From Schmidtea polychroa (taxonomy: Eukaryota): 64,000 nucleotides of DNA. Shown here one piece after another: positions 12,370 through 22,280 of this stretch. The stretch lies in contig CM097888.1 of assembly GCA_044892525.1 (NCBI GenBank), positions 58,342,001 to 58,406,000 of the forward strand. Reading direction: 5' to 3'. The position numbers and the translations under genes were made by a program. The notes beneath the pieces were generated by a model. The model made no database searches and was not told the DNA's origin. It saw only the letters and a list, made by a program, of their open reading frames with translations. Positions within the stretch are counted from its first letter, which is position 1. Each line of letters opens with the position of its first letter.

Positions 12370-13650
12370 TGTTGGCGTATGTGGGGAAGAAATTATTATC
12401 ACAAGACATACCATCGCTTTCGTTCCGCTCAAACCCTTCCCCAGCATACCCGTAACGACTTTACTAATATTCCCTCATGTGAGCCCGTGGAGATGTTACA
12501 CGTTGGTGATGCCCACATGCGTTGGAGTCGGTTAGTAGGTGAGCCCCTGCCTTAGGACTACTATTAACCCACTCTCGGTTCGGGTTCCAAGGTGCCTTAG
12601 AAGGTCTTACCCACACTCTCACACATAACTCGGTCCGACCCAGGTCCAAGGGGACGACCTTTATATATGGGCATACATTCAAGATCACCATTTCATTCAA
12701 ACTGATCACAGAGTTATTCATATCAATAATACCCTCAATGAAATCGAAAATTATATTAAAATAAAGATAGAAGAGATATTTACAACAATTAACACATCAA
12801 CAAAACTTAACAAGCTAAACATGCAGCACCATCAAATTATCGTAAAGTTTATTCACGACTCAGAAGGATCGAGACAGATAGTGAGTCAATCAATTGAACA
12901 CCTCCCCTTCTGCAATCATCTCGTCAATGTCGACGGGTAGCCGGCGATCTTCCAAGAATTTAATGCCATCTGAGGGATCTACCCGGAAGATTTCTTTCGC
13001 GGGGATCGAGTGAGTGGAGATCTCCTTAATCCTTGACTGCGCCACGAACAACGACGCTTCGAGCGTGGCCATAGCATCTCTACGCTTTTGGTTTTTCTCC
13101 GAGCGTGTCGGCCGTTTCCTCTTACGAGGTTGCAAGGTGGTTTTCGCTGGAGAGGTTACGGCAGGTGATATGAGAATTGGGGCCAAGATGGGATCTGATG
13201 GGCCTCCTGCCATTGGTCTATAGCCCGATAGCACAGGGGCGGGAATGGGTGGCAGATGTGGGCCATGCCCCTTACAACTGGATGTTGAAGGCTCTGCTGA
13301 TTGATGGTGGACTGGGAACACATTGGTTCCATCTTGGATTGGGTATTCGCGAACTCGCTTCGCTATTTCAGCATCGGAATAGATTTTGTGAAGGGCTTCG
13401 GATTGGGCCTTTATAGTCAACCGCTGACATCGGCTCTCCTCTAGGAGACTGTCACGGCAGTGCTCCAGACGTAAGATCTTGCTTTTCTCCTCTTTCATTT
13501 GTGGCGGGGAGAACCACGTTCCTTCATAGATGTCGATCCTCTTTTTCAATTCCCCAATGTATAGGTGGAGTTGCGCGATGTCCGCATTTTTATCGGCACA
13601 GGAAAAGCAAGGGTGAAGATTTTTCCCAGTGTTGGTTGATGTGGTCATCT
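12370..13650 (-). mobile_element. 5' LTR (copy A; 5' boundary unresolved) containing a coiled-coil ORF, TATA box, splice donor and structured block
   Basis: Ends in CA immediately before the PBS. Contains TATATAAAG (12667-12659), donor G|GTAAGA (12610) and stem-loop 12476-12519. Confidence 0.7.
12890..13648 (-). CDS. Uncharacterised 252-aa coiled-coil/Pro-rich/basic protein in LTR copy A
   Basis: Uninterrupted ORF with acceptor tctttag|ATG; homologous to the ORFs at 7683-8456 and 19807-20265. Confidence 0.7.
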   Translation of the reverse strand: MTTSTNTGKNLHPCFSCADKNADIAQLHLYIGELKKRIDIYEGTWFSPPQMKEEKSKILRLEHCRDSLLEESRCQRLTIKAQSEALHKIYSDAEIAKRVREYPIQDGTNVFPVHHQSAEPSTSSCKGHGPHLPPIPAPVLSGYRPMAGGPSDPILAPILISPAVTSPAKTTLQPRKRKRPTRSEKNQKRRDAMATLEASLFVAQSRIKEISTHSIPAKEIFRVDPSDGIKFLEDRRLPVDIDEMIAEGEVFN

Positions 13651-14289
13651 AAAGATTAAGATATTTATATTTGCACTTTAAACATTATTGGATCGTCAGT
13701 TACACTTCCACGACGCGAGTTTTATTTACATCCACTCCACATTAAAATAATAAAAATTTCAGCTCTCCCATGCATACCAGTGGCCATCCTGAGACCCATT
13801 CAAGCCTCAATCATTCAAGTCAATTTGTTCAAACGGCTGCAGTTCTATGAAAAGAAAACGGAACCTCGTACATCATTCTATTCGCACATAACAGTCTTAT
13901 GTCTATCTTCGGGGTTGGAAGTTTGCCCGTAAATATATCCTCATCGACTTGTATTATTATTTTATTATCGTTGATGTTATTTATTATTTTCCCCCCATTG
14001 TGTCTTGTATAACGTCCTCCACTTTGTCAAATTTTCAGGGGTTTAGGTTAGCCAAATAATCCAATGCGATAAATGTTCCCTGGCGCTATTCTAAATCAAG
14101 TTAGTAGAACATGAAATTCATAAGTTATTAATTTTCAATGATTATTTAAAATATCAGCTTGCCTATTTTAAACTTTCGCCTTAACTGTCGTCATAGCGAC
14201 GCAGCAAATTGAGCGATAGTGTGTAAACATTTTCTCCTGTCTGTATTACGTATGTTATTTAAAACGTCGTGACACATACCTATGTTAGA

Positions 14290-14690
14290 ATTCATTATGT
14301 GATACCAACTACACTCTTAAAATTTCAACCCCCTTTTCAATGAATGTATTCGATTCACCCCTACACACAACTTCAGTAATTCTCTTACTATGGTTATGTA
14401 ATGGTGATACTATCTTGCTCCTTAGTCTAAATGTGTCGTGGTGTGCTGGGGGTAGCTTATGCAACCTCTCGATGAATTTTCAAGGCGCCCCAAACTCTTG
14501 ATTAGCATTTTTTAAGAAATTTTTCAGTTCTTATGACGTAAGTTGTTTGTGATTCCTAACTGACAAGATTAAATCTATTAATTTCAGATCTGGAAAAGAT
14601 TCGTGTTGACACTCCGATAGCTATAGCCCACTCAGACACTCGGCTACTATCTCTCGCGCTCCATGGACTGGAGTTTTTATCGGATTATTA
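14290..14690 (-). pseudogene. Decayed coding remnant, possibly retroelement gag
   Basis: About 130 codons in one frame with a few stops (..FPDLKLIDLILSVRNHKQLTS*ELKNFLKNANQEFGAP*..); no diagnostic motif. Confidence 0.3.
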
Positions 14691-17600
14691 TTGCCACTTG
14701 TTAGGTTGTAGGTTATTTGTTAGTTTCGTAGTTTTGTTATTTAATAAGAAAATTGATGTACCCGAAAGAGTCTCCGTTAAAACTTCTGGCGGTCTACATC
14801 CTCTGGAGTTCATTTTAATGGCTACCGTAAGAATCTCGTTGGAAGTTTTGCTTTTTTCTCAGAATAGATGCTAGACTTTTCCTATGTGGTTTATCAGTAA
14901 AATCGAAGTAAATCCTAAATCTCTAAAATTGCTGCTACTGAGATGTGATTTTGTGAGAATGTCCCTTAGTTCGGATTACAACTGGAGTGTCCACCTCCTA
15001 CTACTAGCCTCACGGTGATAAATTTCTTGTGTTTGATGCACGAAGAGGTTTGATGATAGCAATTTTCGACCTCACTCGGTGACAGAATTCCCGCAACGTA
15101 TGTCTATGTCTCTCGCTAGATGTCCTCACCCCTCCTGACCAACCCAAGAACGGCATACATTTCTGCCATAGCTCTTAGACCGCCAGGAAGGACGAATCGA
15201 TCTCTTCAACCACAACTAATATTCGTCAAATAGAAGAAAACTAATTATCACAATGAAAAATAAACAAATAAGTGAAAATCAAATCCGGTTAAAGACATTA
15301 TTACTGAATGAAAAATTATTTACCTGGCGACCATTTCATTTGGGTTTCAGGTATGATGTTTTGCCGGCCCTGTGATTGTGCCATCGATCATGATATTAAA
15401 TGAAACTCGCATAAGCTCTATTTACGTTTTCTGTGAATATAATTCTACGACATCGTTGGGATGCATATTCTGGAAATTACTTGAACTATTTGTTGGGCTA
15501 GAACTGATTTCTAGACCCAAACTTCTAATTATGACTGAAAAGTGTAGGTACACAACATGCAAAAAGTATAGCTAAATATTAAAAACTACACCAAATAAAC
15601 AATAGTAATTAAAGGAAAAAACAACAAATAATAAACACAGAAATTAAATAAAATTATACAAAAGCAAGAAGTTATGCAAAATAAAATTCAAAAATAACCA
15701 AATAAACACAGAGTTACAAAAAACAGACTCGAATAACTTAAAGACGGTAAAAGCAGTAAAAAATTCCAGAAAAACCCAGAACATTCCATAAAATGGCGAT
15801 GACCATCACAAAAGCCATCTAGAACAACAAAAGTTAGAAAAAATAAATAAATTAGTATTAAAAATAAAAAATCTTAAAAAGAAATTCATAAAACATCAGT
15901 TAAAATAAAAATAAAATTAAAATTAACATGGAATGTTCTGGAACCGTTCCAAATCCATCATGGACTTCGAATTAACAGAAAGTAATTAAAAAATAAAAAT
16001 TTAAAAATAAAAACAAAAATTATGGCACAAAAATTGCCATTAAAAATAGCAAAATCGCAAAATAGAAAATTCTGGAATAAAAAGAGTTCGAGTTTGTTTT
16101 AATGCATCAATACATACACGTGTACAAAATAGGTATATATACCGACACGTTTCGGTCATAATTAATCACCATTTTATGCCAATTATTGAGAAAAATCTTG
16201 CCGACACAAATAGTAAGGATTGTTGATTTATTTTTTTTTAATTTTTATTGCATTGATGAATTAATTTTTCATTTTTTATTGTATTGAGGATCTATTTTTC
16301 ATTTTTATTGTAGGAATGGTTTATTTAGGAAAAATTAAAGTAATTGCATATTTTGATGTTTCTTACTTTTGATTTTCTCCAGTGATGTACGAATGTTCAA
16401 CGGCGTATGGTATTCCTGCGTCGTTGTTCAGTCCTGCATCCAATTTATTTAAGATTTATAGTACATGCATTATTAATATTATATCGATCTAATTTTATAT
16501 CGTCCTCTTTTTGTTCGGGTCCTTCGGAGGTCGAACTACTTCATGGTCATTCCATGGAGTTAGGTCGAGGAAACCCTCCGTCTGACTCTTTGTATTTATT
16601 AAAGGTCAGCCGTAAATGGTTGACTTAACATATAACATTAAGGTTTGTCGAAGTGGTCACAGTGGGGCCATGAAAGCAATATTCTTCCCGACCTTTTGCT
16701 TAATACACAATTAATTTCAACATTTAAAATCAGGAACAACATCTCTACACTAAGGTATTAATCTGAGTAGAACTCATACCTAAACTTACACAATTCTGCA
16801 CTCACACTCATGTAGCTGGTTGACCCATAAAAGTAATTTCAAGTATAATTTAACAGGCTAATTCAAATATAAATGTAGATATGATAAACTTAACTCTTCA
16901 AAAATTAAGTACAAAATTCAGGGTTTCTACATCGAAAATAGTTAGATAAACGATAAATGTGTAATCATCCCAACTAAAAAACCTCAGCTATGAACAATGT
17001 GAATAAATCTTAACTATGAAATAAACCAAATTTAGGTGTATATGGATCAGAAAATATGAATGTAGTTATGTATAGATGGTATATGTAGTTAACTTTGAAA
17101 AGGTAACCCAGTAATAATGGTAGATAGGCTTTGAAGATGTATCTTATAAAATTTCGGTATGAATTTTGGGACCTAAAAATCTAAATCATAATTAATTATG
17201 AAAGAATCTTTTTTAATCTTAAAACCATAAATTATAAAGATCATAAACGTTTTACATAAATTGTATCGATCTTAAAGTTAGAAATTCTCAAAACATAAAT
17301 TATCAAACTTATAAATGTTATATATAAAGTATATCGATAGTTATAGTTAAATTTTACTTTATAGAATATAAATTAGAAATTGTGGTATATGAATCTTGAT
17401 CACAAATATAACTCATAATTATTAACTATATATGTACATTAATTCTGAAAATTATAAACTATAATTAGTTATATATAAAAGGTTTATGGATGTAAACTAT
17501 AAGTAATTATAAGTTCTAACTATAACGTAGGGAATATAAATAATGACAGGTAAATCGGCATTATAAATATAATCTATAAAGAGGTATCAATACCAGTTAC

Positions 17601-17739
17601 AAATGATTATAATTAATATTTAACTATAAATATATAAAGTATAAATAGCTAGAATAGCTTGCCTTTAAGTACACGACGTTAAAAATTAGAAATAAAAAAT
17701 ATATTTTGTTGAAATTATAAATTATAAATTGAAAATAAT

Positions 17740-17855
17740 TATATTTCTTATTACTATTATAATCGTTATCATTATTATTATTATTATCATCATTATTATT
17801 AATATTATTAGTAGTATGGTTGTCATTATTATTATTATTATTATCATTATTATCA
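17740..17855. repeat. Imperfect (ATT/ATC)n microsatellite
   Basis: Visible trinucleotide run. Confidence 0.85.
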
Positions 17856-19176
17856 AATAAAATTATAAAACAAATTATTGATTTTGGGATTCCCCTATCT
17901 CTAAATTTAGTTTCAGTGGCCCTATCTTCCAATAAAAGTACGGAAAATCACTAAATTCTATTTTTAGTAACACCCCCCCCCGTAAAACGACCTCTATATT
18001 ACTAATGTGGGAATATATATGTATATATCGATAATATAAGTGTGTGTGCGTGTGTGTGTGTGAAGGTACAAGTATACATGCGTGATTCTGGATATATCCC
18101 CATAAATCTACAAAATAGCTGTCAGGATCTCAATGCGGTATCATGACCACAACCCTTTAAGGTAATAGTATGAAGAGAAATAATTTACTGAAACAATTTA
18201 TTAAAGTTATTAAATTTATTTCAAAACCAAATCAAAAGGAGTCTAAATTTATTAATCACTAAAATTCTGACAAAATTATCAAATCAAAGGACGAAGAACT
18301 CAATTGTAAACTACATTTATTAATCCAATCACCCCATATATTTGCATCATGGTTTCTCCGAATCATATTCATGCCAAAGTCCTGTGGGCACAGGTGATGA
18401 AATGTATCCCCTGGGGTGGGAAAGCCTCTGGATGATTCCTTCAGTTTTTTTTTGGTTCAACGACTGGCATATTGCTTTGATGTAATAATGTTGGATAGCC
18501 GACTATACTTCTTGTGTCTCTTCTACGAAATCATTGTCAGGTAATTCCGCCAGGACGATTAGTGGGTGGAACCAACCTTGGGACGACCAAGCCTTCATAC
18601 CTCATTGAATTGTAATAAACTTGATTGCTAAGCAAATCTTTGAATTTTCTCATTGGTGCTGTCAAACAATCCTTGCTCAGACGAGATGTCATGGTAGGTT
18701 GTTGGTCAATGGGGATTGTTGTGGGAGTGCGGCCGACTACTGATATGACTGAAATGTTAATAACAAGTTTATGATATCAATATTTAATATTTTCAATTGT
18801 TTACCTTATCATAGCAAAATTAACCAAAAGTACAAATTGATTCGAAATTCATTATTTATCATTAATTATAATTACATCAACAAAACAACGAAAAATTTAG
18901 ATACTGTTGAATGACTATAACAAAATAAAAAGTACTAAAAATCAAGATTCCATGGTTTTATTTAAATTATTAGTTACCAATTTTTTCTATTAGATAAAAA
19001 ATTTTTTTCTTCTTAATTTAATTGATTAAAAATTATCGCTAAGTTAAATTCAATCTTCGTGTTAAAAAAGCACTTAACTTACTTACAGTAGCTTATTATT
19101 TAGTTGAGATATTTTATCATAACTTCAATTTGTAAGTCATTGGTTAGGAACAGGTTTTAATATTTGTACTACAGAT

Positions 19177-19591
19177 ATGTCCCAATCAGGTGAGTTCAGT
19201 AATGAGGAAAACCACCGACAAATGATCACCCGGCTCCGTACGCGGTATATTTGGTACCGCATCCATGACTGGAATCGTGGATTGGACCTTGACAACTTTG
19301 GTCCGGTTATTAGAAGTGGTCCGGAACCGGATGCCGGAGAACAACGTACTCCGAGAGGCCAGAGATCAAGCGGCCGTTGACGTGGAAATCGCTCAGAGCC
19401 GGCTGAAGAGACTGGAACTGCAACTAAGAGCCAAGCGAGAGGGGGTATCCCTAGAGGAGCTCGAAGATGCCGAGATAACTCCGCGGAAGAGAGAGGAGGC
19501 CCCGCAAACAACCATTGTGATCGTGGACAATTCAGTTAACTTGGACAACTCCTGTTTTTATGAATTAACTATTAGCAGTTGTTGTGTTTGA
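19177..19591 (+). pseudogene. Probable frameshifted coiled-coil ORF upstream in LTR copy E
   Basis: Acceptor tactacag|atATG at 19173-19174. Overlapping frames 19177-19380 and 19265-19591 (EARDQAAVDVEIAQSRLKRLELQLRAKREG) sit in a GC-richer island. Confidence 0.45.
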
Positions 19592-19806
19592 TTCAAATTT
19601 TTTGTGTATATTAGTAAATGTCGAGTGTTTACTCTCAAATAAAGTGTTTTCCTTTTATTTTGTGCATTACTTGATAAATGGAGAAGTATAAAGATACTTC
19701 AGTAGAAATGCTAACATCAACTCATTAATTTTACTATTCATTGGTTTTAACTTTTTGTTTCGTGTAATGGAAACTAATGCTTTTTTCCTTTTTAGTGTAT
19801 AAATTG

Positions 19807-20265
19807 ATGGAAAACCTACGCAAGGATCGTGAGCAGGCCCAGCAGCAAACCGACGAACTCCGAATCCGGGTGGACAAGTTGAAAGGAAAATGTCGGGAGT
19901 TCGAGGGGACCTGGTTTAGTCCCGAAGTAATGAAGAAGAAAACAACCCAGATCCTCCAGCTGCAGGCCCAGGCCGCACGAGACCAGATGGAGATCCGCGC
20001 CCTCAAATTGCAGGTGCGGGCGCTGGAAACCGAGCGAAATGAGCAGTTGGTGCAGGAGGCCGTGGCAAGACAAATACGGCCACTGGCCGTTGAACTCGCA
20101 ACCATATATCCCCCAGCTGCTGAAAGTAAGCCTAAGCGAATGCGGCTTGGACGGAACATTCAGGAGAAACTGAAGAAGGCCAGGTTGGCCGAGTACGAAC
20201 GCCAAACAATTTCAGCGCAAGTGTCTACGACGGGACCGGTTTGCCCCACCAACAAGCCGATCTGA
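19807..20265 (+). CDS. Coiled-coil/basic protein of the LTR family (copy E)
   Basis: EFEGTWFSPEVMKKKTTQIL matches IYEGTWFSPPQMKEEKSKIL of 12890-13648. Acceptor ctttttag at 19794-19795, ATG at 19807. Confidence 0.7.
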   Translation: MENLRKDREQAQQQTDELRIRVDKLKGKCREFEGTWFSPEVMKKKTTQILQLQAQAARDQMEIRALKLQVRALETERNEQLVQEAVARQIRPLAVELATIYPPAAESKPKRMRLGRNIQEKLKKARLAEYERQTISAQVSTTGPVCPTNKPI

Positions 20266-20459
20266 ACTGTTGCGAAATGTTGATCTGTATATATTGGTAG
20301 TATGATTTGTATAATTGTTGTAGCATGAAAATAATAAATATTTTGTAGTATTAAAATAATATCCTAAATATTTTGTGATTGACTGTGAAGTGAGAGTTTG
20401 TGCGAGAGTTTGTGCGAGAGTTTGGGAGAACAATTTTGATAAGGGACCTGAGAAATCGG

Positions 20460-20672
20460 ACACACACCTTCTAACGGCAGTCCGTGAACCCATAGAGTAC
20501 TCGACAATTATAGTGCCTTGATGTGCTCACTTTTTGCGAGTACTCACCCCTTGGTACAGTACCAACGTTGATTACTCAACGGGTACCAAGCGGAAAAATA
20601 ATGTTGTATCCTGGGTTACGCTGGTAACAGCACTAACTAATAAACCTTTAACCATCAGTAACCCACCATACA
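20460..20672 (+). mobile_element. 3' end of a 5' LTR (copy E) with structured block
   Basis: CCTTCTAACGG..GAACCC, GCTCAC, bulged stem-loop 20550-20590, terminus ...CCATACA 4 nt before the PBS. Confidence 0.7.
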
Positions 20673-20676
20673 AATT

Positions 20677-20699
20677 TGGGGGCTCAGCCGGGATTTGAA
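20677..20699 (+). promoter_or_regulatory. tRNA-Pro primer-binding site (23-nt complementarity)
   Basis: TGGGGGCTCAGCCGGGATTTGAA is the reverse complement of TTCAAATCCCGGCTGAGCCCCCA, i.e. T-loop through CCA of a Pro-type tRNA. Confidence 0.9.
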
Positions 20700-21392
20700 A
20701 ATTTAATTGGTGAAAGAACCCGAGAATAGATATAATGGAGAGAGTAAAAGCTGATATAAAGTGATATGCATTCAAGAACGAGCAAATTGTTTTCACAAAC
20801 ACTTAAACTTAGTACATGGATATGTGAATATGATAAAATGTATGTGAAATGTTTAAATGAGTGACGGAAGTTTTGAAGTGTGTCAACATATGAATGTATT
20901 GAAAGTGAGTATGAGAATATTGTACGAATAGCGTAGTAATAGAATGAAATGATGATAAACGAAAATTAAAACGAAAACAAAATATAATAAAAATTGTAAA
21001 TATTAACGATTAATAAAATGTAAATATAAAGAAATAATAAAAATTTAAAAATAGGGGAAAAGGGGGCATAGCACGCTAATAAAAATAAACCAAATGAACA
21101 AAGTAATTAAACTTAATCAGAAAACGTGTAAAATAGGGCGATAACGAATGTGATATAGGTTATATATAATAAGACGATTATAATAAAATCACAAGAACAT
21201 GAAAGAAATTTGCGCGGGATAGAACATTAAACCAGGGGAGACGGGGTTGTTAAGAGTGATAAGTAGAATGTAAAGGTTTATTGAAGCACTAATAAAATAA
21301 GGTATTCAGGATATTAGAGGGAAAATGATAAAGGGGGAAAATGACGCGGAATATTAATAAAAAGGGAACTTTAATTAATAAATCTTACTTAG

Positions 21393-21847
21393 ATGGAATC
21401 AACCGGCTACATTACAAAGAGACTCGAAAAATTCTAAGATTTAACACACAATTCGTTACAACGGCTAAATCGCAAAGCGGACCAGTTGGTGAAAATCCAA
21501 GACGAGATGAGCTTGAATCCAAGACCGCAAGCTGAGGAAATATGTGTAATGATGAGAATAGTAACACCTAATGCAGAATTGACCATTAAAAGAGTCTACC
21601 AAATTCAAAATTTACGATTAGATAATGCCAAATTCAACATCAAATGGCAGGAGATAATGATGAAAATGGAAACGATCGAAGAAGAAATTAAAGGAGTAAT
21701 CGAACATCAAGTTAAAGATTTTAGAAAATGCTTCATATGCAGAACCAATGAAATTTATGTTATTGCGAGAATTGCGCAGAGAAAATTAAACGATGCAACG
21801 TATGCGATACGAACGTTAGAGAGAAAATTGTAATATACCTCCCGTAA
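21393..21847 (+). pseudogene. Coiled-coil plus IAP-type RING pseudogene, full-length homologue of 11406-11885
   Basis: Acceptor cttacttag|ATG; premature TAA at 21435. ..YQIQNLRLDNAKFN..FRKCFIC is followed by a frameshifting deletion of the LPCGH segment, then YCENCAEKIKRCNVCDTNVREKIVIYLP*. Confidence 0.8.
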
Positions 21848-22260
21848 GGAAATGTTGTCAAATAAATTTATTGTGAATGAAGTGATAAAATTATTAAATT
21901 ATATTAAAAATCCATTATAGCAACCGAAAGGTATAAAACATACGATGAACATAGACATATTAAGGACACAAAATACGTTAAATAAATAGAGAAGCATCAC
22001 AGCAATTAGAACTAAAATCAAAATTGAATGCAGGACTGATCATAGTTGTATGAATGAGCTGATCGATAAGATCAGTACGATTTTTATTTCCAATTTTCTT
22101 TACTTCCTGTTTTATTATTTTGGCATAGAGTGATACGATAATAAGGGGATGACAAGTGAATCGTCCTTACGACACTTGCCCGGATGGGGAAATCCTGATC
22201 AGCCTGACGAGAGAATGTAGTAGGATCCATCGCAAATGGTGGGGAGTTTCTGTCGAGTGA

Positions 22261-22280
22261 CTGATACCACTTGTGGGGAA
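22261..22280 (-). mobile_element. Possible LTR terminus (TCCCCACA) plus short PBS-like TGGTATCAG of a different element
   Basis: Minus strand ...TTCCCCACA AG TGGTATCAG; only 9 nt and the cognate tRNA is not established. Confidence 0.35.

Noticed and set aside
14295-14310. TGATACCA as a Met-type PBS
   Set aside because: Only 8 nt and no adjacent CA terminus.
18350-18750. Third RING remnant on the minus strand (ICQS..HFITCAH)
   Set aside because: It needs a frameshift and most ligands are absent; the longer continuous frame reads differently.
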